From Deferrisomatales bacterium (GTDB lineage: Bacteria > Desulfobacterota > Deferrisomatia > Deferrisomatales > JACRMM01), in contig JAWSUI010000003.1 of assembly GCA_033551855.1 (NCBI GenBank), positions 44,092 through 108,091 on the forward strand: a stretch of DNA of 64,000 nucleotides, written 5' to 3'. Shown one piece after another: positions 29,901 through 38,891 of the stretch. Below the pieces are notes generated by a model. It worked only from the letters and a program-made list of their open reading frames with translations, ran no database searches and had not been told where the DNA came from. How positions within the stretch are numbered: the stretch's first letter is position 1; every line of letters begins with the position of its first letter. The position numbers and the translations under genes were made by a program.

Positions 29901-30599
29901 TCAGCTCCCCTTCGCCAGCACCGCAAGAACCTTTGCACCCCCCGCGGGACCGTGGGCCAGGAGGCGGTGCCGCAGCGTCGATTCGAAGTATACGCTGTCC
30001 CCTTGCCGGAGGACGATCCGCTCCCGGTCCAAGAGGAGCTCGGCCTCGCCCTCGAGGACGAGGAGAAACTCCTCTCCCTCGTGGCTGTACAGGGTCTGCT
30101 CATCCCGCATCCCTGCATCCACCGAGAGGAGGAACGGCTCCATGATCTTGTCCCTCTTCCTGTGGGTGAGGGCGTGGTAGGTGTAGCCGTGGTCGCCCCC
30201 GGTGCTCGAGATCACCCGGGTGACGGCCGGCCGCGCCTCCCGGCGGATCACCTCGTAGGCCTCTTCGGGGCCTTCGTCGCGGAAGAAGTAGCCCACCCGC
30301 ACGCCGAGGACCTTCGCGATCCTGGCCAGCGTGGCGATGGGGGGAGAGACGTTGTTGTTCTCCACCTGGGAGATGAGGGCCGGGGAAAACCCCGTCTCGT
30401 CAGCCACCTCCTGGAGGGTCTTCTTCCGGGTCTGCCGCAAGGCCTTGATCTTCGCCCCGATGTGGAACTCCTCCGGGGCGCCTTCCCGGACCCCCGCCGG
30501 CGGCCTCCTCGAGGCCCCCGGACGCTGAGCGCGCTTGCGTCCTCCTTGGGCTTTGGAATCGGACGACGAAGCTCGAGACACGCGGGGATCCTGGGCCAC
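29901..30599 (-). CDS. XRE-family HTH plus cupin-domain transcriptional regulator
   Basis: HTH_3 (LRQTRKKTLQEVADETGFSPALISQVENN) followed by a cupin beta-barrel. The start is uncertain: GTG 30599 or GTG 30581. The ORF-track start at 30674 lies inside the predicted -35. Confidence 0.8.
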   Translation of the reverse strand: MAQDPRVSRASSSDSKAQGGRKRAQRPGASRRPPAGVREGAPEEFHIGAKIKALRQTRKKTLQEVADETGFSPALISQVENNNVSPPIATLARIAKVLGVRVGYFFRDEGPEEAYEVIRREARPAVTRVISSTGGDHGYTYHALTHRKRDKIMEPFLLSVDAGMRDEQTLYSHEGEEFLLVLEGEAELLLDRERIVLRQGDSVYFESTLRHRLLAHGPAGGAKVLAVLAKGS

Positions 30600-30645
30600 G
30601 GCAGACGGCCTGGTGAAGGGTCGAAAAGATCGTGCAAGTCGCGGC

Positions 30646-30674
30646 ATTCTATGCAAAGTCACCGGGCAGGTCAA
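30646..30674 (-). promoter_or_regulatory. sigma70 promoter TTGACC-17 nt-TAGAAT for the XRE-cupin/methylmalonyl operon
   Basis: Near-consensus hexamers read on the minus strand: -35 at 30669-30674 and -10 at 30646-30651. Confidence 0.55.
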
Positions 30675-30677
30675 GAA

Positions 30678-30718
30678 GTCTTTAGCAAGAATAAAACGTC
30701 TTTAGCCCAGCTAAAAGC
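30678..30718. promoter_or_regulatory. candidate operator: GTCTTTAGC direct repeat (20-bp phasing) plus an inverted GCTAAAAGC
   Basis: Exact 9-mers at 30678-30686 and 30698-30706. A near-inverted copy at 30710-30718. Immediately upstream of the -35 in an AT-rich patch. Confidence 0.4.
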
Positions 30719-30735
30719 AACTGGCGCCGACAAGA

Positions 30736-30938
30736 GGTTCTTCCGGTAAACGACCGGGTGGGCCCGCCCCCTCCGGCGGACGATGCCGGACTGTACGGTA
30801 GGTGCGCTCCCGCGCCGCAGCCGGAATCCTCGCGGCATCGCTGCTCCCGAAACGGCTGCCCCCGTCGAGCGGCCGTCCGCCTGCGTGGCCGGGCCCACCC
30901 GGTCGTCCCTGGGCACGAGCACCCGGTCGTTTGCCGGA
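30736..30938. repeat. 203-nt structured non-coding element, copy B (unclassified)
   Basis: Indel-free alignment to 14745-14947. A perfect 17-bp long-range inverted repeat pairs 30750-30766 with 30890-30906. Confidence 0.8.
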
Positions 30939-30971
30939 AAAACCACAAGAAAGCCCCTCTGCACGAGGGGC
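30939..30971 (-). terminator. intrinsic terminator of the IclR-family gene
   Basis: Minus-strand GCCCCUC-GUGCA-GAGGGGC followed by UUUCUUGUGGUUUUU. Confidence 0.65.
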
Positions 30972-31066
30972 CTCCCATCGAGCCGAGGGGACTCGGAGTT
31001 TCACTGCGAAGACTCTTTCGGGGAATGACGGGGGTGGCGGGTACTGGACGAGCCTCTACGAAGGAC

Positions 31067-31861
31067 CTAACCCTCCTGCGACACCTCGTACCCCAGTCGG
31101 GAGGAGAGCTTGCGGCCCGCCTCCAACGCCAGGGGGGCGAGCTCGGTCTCGATCCGGTCTTCGGTGAACCGGTAGGCCGGGCCCGAGATCGACAGGCCCG
31201 CCACCACGCGGCGCGTGTAGTCCCGAACCGGAACGCCCACGCACCGGATGCCCTCGTCGTATTCCTCGTCGTCCAGGGCAAAACCCGTCTGGCGTATCCG
31301 CTCGAGCTGCTGCAACAACTGGGCTCTGTCGCTGATGGTGTGCTGGGTGTACCTCTTCATGGGGCTGTCGCTCAGAATCCGGTCCACCTCGTCGAGGGAT
31401 TCGAAGGCGATCTGGGCCTTGCCCACTGCCGAGCAGTACACGGGCAGCCCGACACCGACTCGCGAAATGACCCGGACGGGCCGAGTGGCCTCCACTACGT
31501 CCACGTATACCACCCGGTCGTCCCGAAGGACGCCCAGGTAGGACGTCTCGTTGCACCGTTCGACGATCTCCTCGAGAATGGGGCGCGCCATCTTCAACAA
31601 CCCCATGTGCTTGATGAAGACCTGCCCCAACTCCAAGACCTTCAATCCCAGCCGATAGTTGCCGGTAACCTTGTTCTGCTCCATGTAGCCGCGGCTCTCG
31701 AGGGTAGCGAGAAGCCGGAACACATTATTCTTGTGAAGCCCCAGTCGTTTGGAGAGCTCCGTCACCCCGAGCTCCGTGTCCTCGCCCCGAAATTCCTCGA
31801 GGAGATCCAGGCCGTTGGTTACCGACTGGATGATGTAGCTGGATTTCTTTCTCTTGCCCAC
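31067..31861 (-). CDS. IclR-family transcriptional regulator
   Basis: N-terminal wHTH (LGVTELSKRLGLHKNNVFRLLATLE) and a C-terminal IclR effector domain. GTG 31861 chosen; the start is uncertain. Confidence 0.85.
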   Translation of the reverse strand: MGKRKKSSYIIQSVTNGLDLLEEFRGEDTELGVTELSKRLGLHKNNVFRLLATLESRGYMEQNKVTGNYRLGLKVLELGQVFIKHMGLLKMARPILEEIVERCNETSYLGVLRDDRVVYVDVVEATRPVRVISRVGVGLPVYCSAVGKAQIAFESLDEVDRILSDSPMKRYTQHTISDRAQLLQQLERIRQTGFALDDEEYDEGIRCVGVPVRDYTRRVVAGLSISGPAYRFTEDRIETELAPLALEAGRKLSSRLGYEVSQEG

Positions 31862-32161
31862 AGCCCACCTGCCTAACTGCCGGCGCCTTCGGCGCCGGTC
31901 GTCTACAAGATCTGAAGGACCGCGGAATCTAGCAACGGCCCCTCTGCCTGTCAAGGGCCCACTCTTCCCAAGTCTCTCGGGGGCCTTGCAAACGAGGCCC
32001 GGAGGCACCTTCGCCTCACCCCACAACTTGCAACACCCCGGGGGGGGGCAGACTCCGGGCCCCCCGGGCTTCGGGCCACACCGCCTTCCCCGCCGGCGCC
32101 CGCCGGTTCGCTCGAGACCCCGCAGGGCTGTGCCCCGGTTGCGCCGTGAGCACGCGCCGCA

Positions 32162-32190
32162 ACCATAAAATGGTGTTCTATTCCTGTCAA
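32162..32190 (-). promoter_or_regulatory. sigma70 promoter TTGACA-17 nt-TATGGT, probably for the IclR-family gene
   Basis: Perfect -35 read on the minus strand, directly after the acs operon terminator. Implies a ~290-nt leader. Confidence 0.45.
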
Positions 32191-32202
32191 GGGGAAACGA
32201 AC

Positions 32203-32226
32203 GGGGGAAGGCGGCTGCCTTCCCCC
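32203..32226 (-). terminator. terminator hairpin downstream of acsE
   Basis: GGGGGAAGGC-loop-GCCUUCCCCC followed on the minus strand by GUUCGUUUCC, a weak U tail. Confidence 0.55.
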
Positions 32227-32240
32227 GCGAGGTCCCGGGC

Positions 32241-33122
32241 TCAGTCCTGGAGCCAGGAGTGGGAATAGAGGACGTCGCCGTTGAGGACCTTGAAGGTCCT
32301 GTAGAGCACCTTCTCGGCGTCCGTGGTCGGGGCGGGGTCCTGCCCGTCCATCAGCTTTGCCACGTAGTCGACCTCAGCCTGCCGTTTGCCTTGGCAAAGG
32401 TCCATCATGTCCTTGTCGTACGCGTCGACGATCGCGGACTCCTGCCCCAGGTTGTACAGCATCATGAGGTACACGCCGTTGAGGATCGGCCGGAGGTCGT
32501 TCGGCGCGCCGTTGGAGACGTTGGACAGCCCGCAGGTGTTTGTCGCCCCGGGGACGATGTCCTTCACCATCGGCAGGAACTCCATGTACGCCTTCACCTG
32601 GTTGATGTCCACCGAGACCGGCAGGACGATGGGGTCCACCCAGTACCGGGCGTGCTCGATCCCGAGGTCGTCGCCCATCGCCATGATGGTCGAAAGAGCC
32701 ACGGCGCGCTCGCTGGCATCCCGCGGGATGCCCTCCTCGCTCATGGTCAGCGCCACGAAGTCGGCGTCGTACTTCTTCACCAGCGGCAGCCGCTCCTGCA
32801 TGCTCTGGGGCTGAGCCGAGATGGAGTTGACCAGGGCCCGCTCGTTGCACACCTTCAGGCCCGCCTCCACCGCCAGGGTGTTGGTGGTGTCCAGGGCCAG
32901 GCGCACGTCCTTCTTGACCTCTTGGACGGTCTTGACGAGCCACTCCATGACCTCGTCCCCGGCCTTGCGGGCCGGCCCGAGGTTCAGGTCCAGCATGTCG
33001 GAGCCCCTCTCGAGCTCCTCCTGCGCCATCTGCTGGATCGGCCCCTTGTCCTTCTCCCGGATCGCAGGCCCGATCGTCTTGGACATGATGTTGATGCTCT
33101 CGGCGATTGTGTAGATCTTCAT
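32241..33122 (-). CDS. acsE: methyltetrahydrofolate:corrinoid/Fe-S protein methyltransferase
   Basis: Pterin-binding TIM barrel. Last gene of the acs cluster. Confidence 0.9.
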   Translation of the reverse strand: MKIYTIAESINIMSKTIGPAIREKDKGPIQQMAQEELERGSDMLDLNLGPARKAGDEVMEWLVKTVQEVKKDVRLALDTTNTLAVEAGLKVCNERALVNSISAQPQSMQERLPLVKKYDADFVALTMSEEGIPRDASERAVALSTIMAMGDDLGIEHARYWVDPIVLPVSVDINQVKAYMEFLPMVKDIVPGATNTCGLSNVSNGAPNDLRPILNGVYLMMLYNLGQESAIVDAYDKDMMDLCQGKRQAEVDYVAKLMDGQDPAPTTDAEKVLYRTFKVLNGDVLYSHSWLQD

Positions 33123-33184
33123 TCTGCGCGTCCTCCTGAGGCAAAAAGGGTCACGGGCCCTGCAACGCCATCGGCGAAGGCCGG

Positions 33185-33215
33185 GGGGGGAGAGGCCGCC
33201 GCGGCCTCTCCCCCC
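33185..33215 (-). promoter_or_regulatory. 14-bp GC-rich intercistronic hairpin between acsC and acsE
   Basis: 33185-33198 pairs perfectly with 33202-33215 around a 3-nt loop. No U tail. Confidence 0.6.
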
Positions 33216-33224
33216 TTACCCGGC

Positions 33225-34583
33225 CTATCCGGCCTTGGCAGCGTAGTCCTTGAGGAACTTCGGAAGATCCGCCGCCTCCCGGGGTCCGATGATCACGTCC
33301 CACCCCTCGCCGAGCTCCTCCTGGAACTCGCCGGAGAGCTGGGCCACGTAGCCCGGAATGATGATCTTCTTGTGCCCCACCTTCTCTGTGATGTCGGTCT
33401 TCTTCACGAAGGGGGCCATGGCGTCCGCGACGAACTTGCCCGCCGACCACGCGGTGAGCACGCTCATCCCCTCGGTGTCCATGATCAGCAGCCAGGTGGG
33501 CACCCGGCTGGCCTCGACCTCGGCGCTCACCACGAAGTACGTCAGCGCAAAGTTCGTGGTGATGATCACCGGGCTGGTCGGGCCGGGGTTGTTGATCTCG
33601 TAGATCCCCTGATCCATGGTCATGGGCCGCTGCGGGTCCGTGTAGATGTTCAGCCGGTTGACCAGGAGGGGCAGGCTGACCGCCGGGTCGAGGCTGCCGA
33701 GAACCACCACGCCGGCGTACTTGTCCATCAGGACCGTGGCGTAAGCGGCCTGGAGCTCCTTGTGGTCGGTCATGGCGCAGGGGAAGGCGATGGTCGGAAA
33801 GCCCAGGGCCCGGAACTTCTTGTCCAGGGCGGCCCGCCGGATTGCGATGTTGGCGGTGACGGTCTCCCGGAGGCCCTTCCAGCCGGTGTCGAGCAGGACC
33901 TCCTTCAGGCCCGCGGCGACGAACTTCTCTCCCACCGCAGCCAGGTCGTCAAGGGTGTCCCCCTTCGCAACCACGGCGCAGCCGAACTCCTTCGCCATCT
34001 GCACGAAGGAGTCGACGGTCTCTGCGGTGGCCGCGTGCAGCGCGAACTTCTTGCCCTTGATCGCCTCCGCCGCCGCCTTCAGGGTATCGACGCTCTCGGA
34101 GGAGAGGATCAGCCCCTTCTCCGTGGCGCCGGCCACCTTCTTCGCCAGCTCGACGAAGGAGCCCTGGTCCTTCTTCTCGTCCCACAGGAAGGCGAAATTG
34201 GGCTTCAGGGTGAGACCCACCCGCTCGAAACCGATCCCGTTGAGGAGCTTCACCTCGGCATCGACGACCGCCGGGTCGGTGCTGTTGGTGAGCGCCACGG
34301 CGAGGCCGGTGGGATTCACGAAGGTCTTCTCGTGGCGGTACTTCACGGTCTCGCCCCCCACCTTGTGGGCGTCGGCGCCCTGGCCGAGCTCCACCACCCG
34401 GATCGGGGGGGCGCTCGCCTCGGAGAGCTTCGCCTGGGCCTCCTCCGAGACGTAGGGACACTTGGAGAGCTCTGCCTTGCCCGCGGCCAGCTTCATCGCG
34501 AAGGCGAGGCACGTGGGCTCACCGCAGTCCTTGCAGTTGGTCTGCGGGAGCAGTTTGTAGATCTGAATGCCGGTCAGTCCCAT
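33225..34583 (-). CDS. acsC: corrinoid/iron-sulfur protein large subunit
   Basis: N-terminal [4Fe-4S] motif CKDCGEPTCLAFAMKLA. 452 aa. Confidence 0.93.
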   Translation of the reverse strand: MGLTGIQIYKLLPQTNCKDCGEPTCLAFAMKLAAGKAELSKCPYVSEEAQAKLSEASAPPIRVVELGQGADAHKVGGETVKYRHEKTFVNPTGLAVALTNSTDPAVVDAEVKLLNGIGFERVGLTLKPNFAFLWDEKKDQGSFVELAKKVAGATEKGLILSSESVDTLKAAAEAIKGKKFALHAATAETVDSFVQMAKEFGCAVVAKGDTLDDLAAVGEKFVAAGLKEVLLDTGWKGLRETVTANIAIRRAALDKKFRALGFPTIAFPCAMTDHKELQAAYATVLMDKYAGVVVLGSLDPAVSLPLLVNRLNIYTDPQRPMTMDQGIYEINNPGPTSPVIITTNFALTYFVVSAEVEASRVPTWLLIMDTEGMSVLTAWSAGKFVADAMAPFVKKTDITEKVGHKKIIIPGYVAQLSGEFQEELGEGWDVIIGPREAADLPKFLKDYAAKAG

Positions 34584-34648
34584 GGGCCGAATCTCCTTTC
34601 GTCAGCAAACGCGCAGTTCGCAGCGTCTCGATCGATCCCCGCAGCTGC

Positions 34649-34676
34649 CCCCGGGGAGGGAAACCCCTCCCCGGGG
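34649..34676 (-). promoter_or_regulatory. 12-bp perfect intercistronic hairpin between acsB and acsC
   Basis: CCCCGGGGAGGG-AAAC-CCCTCCCCGGGG. No U tail. Confidence 0.6.
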
Positions 34677-34682
34677 AACGGC

Positions 34683-36887
34683 CTACATCATGGGGTCCAT
34701 CTCCAGGGCCGGGTGCCCCACCTTCTGCATGAACTCCAGCACCTCTTCCTCGGTGGTGGCGTTCTCTTCCGTGGCGATCTTGTCGTAGAGATCGGCGCAC
34801 CCTTCCTCCGCACCCCGCTTCTCGAGGACCTCCTTCAGCGACTCCTTGAGCGCCTTGGGAAGCCAGGCGATGCGCTTGATCCCGCCGTCGGCGCTGATGA
34901 ACTTCTTCGAGCCGATGTAGAACTTGGACATCCCCACGAAGCCCGGCGTCTGGGCCCCGCCGCCCACCGAGCCCGCCAGCGTCGAGAAGGGCATGCCGCA
35001 GGGGGTCGCCCCCGCATAGTCCCGGTCCACGACCATGACCGCGTTGGACATGGGCAGCAGCACCGTGATGGCCTCGAAGCACCCGCAGGAGGTCATGGGG
35101 TCCACCATCAGGGAGTACGCGCTGAAGGAGGCGATCGCGTCGTGGGAGTTCTTCAGCACGAACTCGTTGACGCCTTTCCACTGCCCGAGGTTGTCGTCGA
35201 GGGTGTCGCCCTTCTTGATGGGCTGGTTCGGGCCGGTGGGGGTGATCTCGAAGGCGGCCTTGCCGTCGAGCCAGTTGTACGCGCCGCACAGGCCGGGCCG
35301 CTCGGGGCTGATCACGCACACGTGGTCCGGCGCGAAGGACTGGCAGAGCGTGCAGCTGTAGAAGGTGTCGACGCTCTCGTCGGTCATGGAGCCGAGGCGC
35401 TCCTCGCGCTCCTTGTACACCGCCCTGGCCTCCGACATGAGCTCTTTGACCTTGGCCGGGTCCGTGTAGACCGTCACCTGGACCTTGTCGAGGATCTTTC
35501 CGAACTCGTTGTGGAACTTCGCGTGCAGGATCGTTCCGAAGTGCTTCAGGCTGAAGCCGGCGGCAAAGGCCTTCTTCGAGATCCGAAGCCACACGATGTC
35601 GCGCTGGCCGATGTGGAGCACACCCTCCGCGCCGTTCAGGAGGTGGTGGATCTGACGCTCGAGGATCGGCTCGAAGTCGGGCTGCATGCTGCGGCCCGCC
35701 ACATCGACCCAGATGGCAAGGGGGTAGGTCTTGCCCTCCTCCATGTCCTTCAAGTCCGGGCCCACCACCGCGAACTTCCCGTCCTCGACCTCGTCCAGCG
35801 GCTTCATCTGGCAGAACTCGAAACCCTCGGACTTGGGTCCGGCGAGCTCCACGTGCATCTGGTCCCTCGCGATCCGCTCGCCTTCGAAGGCCGGGGAGTG
35901 GGAGACCGGGATGTCGATCTTCGAGATGTGGATCTTCAGGCCGCGCACCTCGATGGCCTTGGCCACGATCTGGTCGTGGGGGATGCTCGACACCACGTGC
36001 TCGTAGGTGCACACCCCCGTGACGAGGATCTCGGGGATGCCGGAGTCGGCGATGGTCGGGAAGCCGTAGTTGATGGCCCCCGCGGCGGCCGCGTACCACT
36101 CGTCGCTGACCTCGCCCAGGGCGAGCACGAAGGCGAAGACCCGCAGCTTGTTGTACCGCAGGATCCCCGCATAGTCGCCCGGCTGGATGCCGCCGAAGGC
36201 CATGGCGGCCCGAGTGGCGAAGCCCACGGCGTGGATCGCCGCCGAGGTGTCGCGGCCGAAGGGGACGAGCCGGGTCGGCCACCCGACCTGCACGCCCTCC
36301 TCCACGAGCTGCTCGGCGAAGGTCTTGCCGTTGTACTCGGAGGCCATGAAGACGTAGATGCCCTTCTCCTGCAGCTCCTTGGCGATCTTTGCCGCCGTGG
36401 CGCTGTCCGGGGCCGAGCCCACCACCGCGGCGAAGCCGGGCGCCGAGCCGTCCACGAACTCCACGCCGCGCTTGCGCATGATGACGTCGTCGGCAGCCCC
36501 CAGCCAGATGTTGTCGGGGCTCGGGTCCTCGCCCAGGGTGTAGGGGACCGGCTCCTGCAGGTACTTGAGGGCCTCCTCCATGTCGTAGCAGAAGAGGGTC
36601 TGCATGCCGGCGTCGAGGCCGTGGCCCAGGTAGGGCACCCACAGGTTCTCGGAAACCTGAGGGGGCAGGAGGCTCTTGCACTTGTCGAGCACCGGCAGCA
36701 TGTCGCCGAGCTTCTCGACCTTGTGGCCCAGGATGCCGTAGATGACCGGCAGGAAGTAGCCGGTGTTGGGGAGCTTGACCTCCTTGTCGGCCCCGTGCTT
36801 GGCGATGGCGTCGGTGACCTTCTTCTCCACGCGGGCGTAGATCTGGTGCGCCCCGCGGATGACTCCGGAAAGGATGATCTTGGACAT
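34683..36887 (-). CDS. acsB: acetyl-CoA synthase (A-cluster subunit)
   Basis: 734 aa with the A-cluster Cys-Gly-Cys motif (MTSCGCFEA). Confidence 0.95.
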   Translation of the reverse strand: MSKIILSGVIRGAHQIYARVEKKVTDAIAKHGADKEVKLPNTGYFLPVIYGILGHKVEKLGDMLPVLDKCKSLLPPQVSENLWVPYLGHGLDAGMQTLFCYDMEEALKYLQEPVPYTLGEDPSPDNIWLGAADDVIMRKRGVEFVDGSAPGFAAVVGSAPDSATAAKIAKELQEKGIYVFMASEYNGKTFAEQLVEEGVQVGWPTRLVPFGRDTSAAIHAVGFATRAAMAFGGIQPGDYAGILRYNKLRVFAFVLALGEVSDEWYAAAAGAINYGFPTIADSGIPEILVTGVCTYEHVVSSIPHDQIVAKAIEVRGLKIHISKIDIPVSHSPAFEGERIARDQMHVELAGPKSEGFEFCQMKPLDEVEDGKFAVVGPDLKDMEEGKTYPLAIWVDVAGRSMQPDFEPILERQIHHLLNGAEGVLHIGQRDIVWLRISKKAFAAGFSLKHFGTILHAKFHNEFGKILDKVQVTVYTDPAKVKELMSEARAVYKEREERLGSMTDESVDTFYSCTLCQSFAPDHVCVISPERPGLCGAYNWLDGKAAFEITPTGPNQPIKKGDTLDDNLGQWKGVNEFVLKNSHDAIASFSAYSLMVDPMTSCGCFEAITVLLPMSNAVMVVDRDYAGATPCGMPFSTLAGSVGGGAQTPGFVGMSKFYIGSKKFISADGGIKRIAWLPKALKESLKEVLEKRGAEEGCADLYDKIATEENATTEEEVLEFMQKVGHPALEMDPMM

Positions 36888-36905
36888 TCTCGTGCCTCCC
36901 TATCC

Positions 36906-38855
36906 TTAGACCTTGAGCTCGCGGCGGGCTTCCATGTCGAAGAGCTTGCGCTCTTGCTTCTCGTGGATTCCAAGCGCCTCGCGCTTCGCGTTGATGTGGT
37001 CGATCATCAGCTTCGCCATCTTGTAGGGGTCGGGCTCCACGGCCCACTTGCCCCCGAGGTCGTTCTCCAGCCCGCCGAAGAGGTAGTCGGCAAACTTGGT
37101 ACCCGGCACGTGGGGCAGGGTCACCCCGAAGACCGTGAAGACACCGCTCGCCACGAAGTAATGGCCGATGGCGATGGCCTTCTCGCTCATGTACTCGGGC
37201 GCGGCGCCCGCGATGGGCAGGTCGCTGATGTCGTCGCCCAGCCCGCCGGTCCTCACCATCTCCGAGACCGCGACCAGGATGCGGCTGTTATCCACGCAGG
37301 CGCCGCAGTGGAGCACCGGCGGCATGCCCACCGCCTCACACACCTCCCGGAGGCCCGGTCCGCAGTACTTGGCGGCCGCCTCGGGCTGCATGAAGCCCTG
37401 CTTGGCCATGGCGATGGCCGAGCAACCCGTCTGCACCACCAGCACGTCGTTCTTCAGCAGCTCCTTCACGAGCTCGATGTGCACCCAGTCGTGCTTGACC
37501 CGGGGGTTGTTGCACCCCACCACGCCGGCCACGCCGCGGATGCGCCCGTTGATGATGTTTTCGTTCAAGGGCGTGTAGCTCGAGCGGAAGCTGCCGCCCA
37601 GCATGTAGTTGATGGTCTCGTGGGAGAACCCGCCGACCATCGCCGTCTTGCGGTCCGGGATCTGGACCTTCTTGCGGTTCTTGAAGTTGTTGACGCCCTC
37701 CATCATGAGCTTCACGCCGGCTTCCCGCGCGCCGTGGTCGCCGTGGAACTCGATGTGCTGGGCGCCCTCGATCTTGCACCGATAGTTCGTGGTGAGGAAC
37801 TTGGTGTGGTAGCACTTGGCGAGGTCCGAAAGGCCCTGCTGGATGCACTGCACGTCCACCATCATCGCGTCCACGGCGCCGGTGATGATCGCCGAGTCGC
37901 ACTGCATGAAGTTTCCGGCGTGGGGGACGCCCCGGCGCACGAGCTGCTCGTTGCCCGAGCAGCACATCCCCACCAGGTTGATCCCCTCGGCGCCCACGGC
38001 CTTGGCCTTGGCCACGAGCTCCGGGTCGTCGGCGAGGCGCACCATCATGTCCAGGAGCTGGGGCTCGTGGCCGTGGACGATGACGTTGACCTCCTTCTCC
38101 TTGAGCACCCCGATGTCGATCTCGGCCCGCACCGGCCGCGGTGTGCCGAACATGATGTCGGAGAGCTCCGTGGAGATCATCGCCCCGCCCCAGCCGTCCG
38201 CCAGGGCGCAGCGCGCCGCGCCGAGCACGAGGTTCCGGTAGTCCTGGTCGACACCCATGTGGGTGCGGTGCATCATCTCCACGACCTCGCGATCCACACC
38301 GCGAGAGAGCACCCCGAGCTCCTTCCACTTCTCGAAGCGCTTCTTCGGCGCCCGCTCGAAGAGCTTCAAGTGCCCGTGCTGCTGGCTGAACTGCCCGAGG
38401 CATGCCTCGGCGAGCTCGATGGCCACGTCCTTCTGCTCCCGGCCCTCGGTCGGCACGCCCATGTGCTTGGCGAACTCCACCAGCTTGCCCGGCTCCTTGA
38501 TCTCGAAGTCCGGGTTCTCGCCCTTGGCCACGGTGAGGAAGAGCTCGCTCATCTCCCGGCCGTGGTCGGAGTGGGCCGCTGTGCCGGCGGCCACGGCTCG
38601 GGCGAACCCGCGGGCCTGGAAGGTGTCGATATTGGCGCCGCACACGCCGACTTTCTCATACGGTGCCTTGCTCGACAGGCGGCAGGGCCCCATGTAGCAG
38701 TGCTTGCAGCAGGCGTTCTGGGCCCCGATCGGGCAGGGGCTGATCTCGTCGGCCCGGTCGAAGGCGGTCTTCACCCCCTCCTCCCGCGCCTTGGTGAGCA
38801 TCTGCGCCGTAGACTCGCAGACGGTGATGTCCTGGATCTCGCGAAGCTTCGCCAT
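36906..38855 (-). CDS. acsA: anaerobic Ni-CO dehydrogenase catalytic subunit
   Basis: 649 aa. N-terminal B/D-cluster cysteines (CPIGAQNACCKHCYMGPC) and a C-cluster region (GMCCSGNE). Confidence 0.95.
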   Translation of the reverse strand: MAKLREIQDITVCESTAQMLTKAREEGVKTAFDRADEISPCPIGAQNACCKHCYMGPCRLSSKAPYEKVGVCGANIDTFQARGFARAVAAGTAAHSDHGREMSELFLTVAKGENPDFEIKEPGKLVEFAKHMGVPTEGREQKDVAIELAEACLGQFSQQHGHLKLFERAPKKRFEKWKELGVLSRGVDREVVEMMHRTHMGVDQDYRNLVLGAARCALADGWGGAMISTELSDIMFGTPRPVRAEIDIGVLKEKEVNVIVHGHEPQLLDMMVRLADDPELVAKAKAVGAEGINLVGMCCSGNEQLVRRGVPHAGNFMQCDSAIITGAVDAMMVDVQCIQQGLSDLAKCYHTKFLTTNYRCKIEGAQHIEFHGDHGAREAGVKLMMEGVNNFKNRKKVQIPDRKTAMVGGFSHETINYMLGGSFRSSYTPLNENIINGRIRGVAGVVGCNNPRVKHDWVHIELVKELLKNDVLVVQTGCSAIAMAKQGFMQPEAAAKYCGPGLREVCEAVGMPPVLHCGACVDNSRILVAVSEMVRTGGLGDDISDLPIAGAAPEYMSEKAIAIGHYFVASGVFTVFGVTLPHVPGTKFADYLFGGLENDLGGKWAVEPDPYKMAKLMIDHINAKREALGIHEKQERKLFDMEARRELKV

Positions 38856-38891
38856 GGTGTGTTTCCTCCCTCAGTAGTGTTCGCGACGGCC

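Noticed and set aside
29831-30118. The 164-aa ORF 29624-30118 overlapping the 3' end of the XRE-cupin gene.
   Set aside because: Only the last 68 codons have an RBS (GGGAGGAG) and a plausible sequence. The upstream part overlaps the regulator gene in another frame.
30600-30674. The ORF-track start (TTG at 30672-30674) for the XRE-cupin regulator.
   Set aside because: It lies inside the predicted -35 hexamer, and the ATG codon at 30645-30647 lies in the -10. The extension is therefore most likely untranslated.
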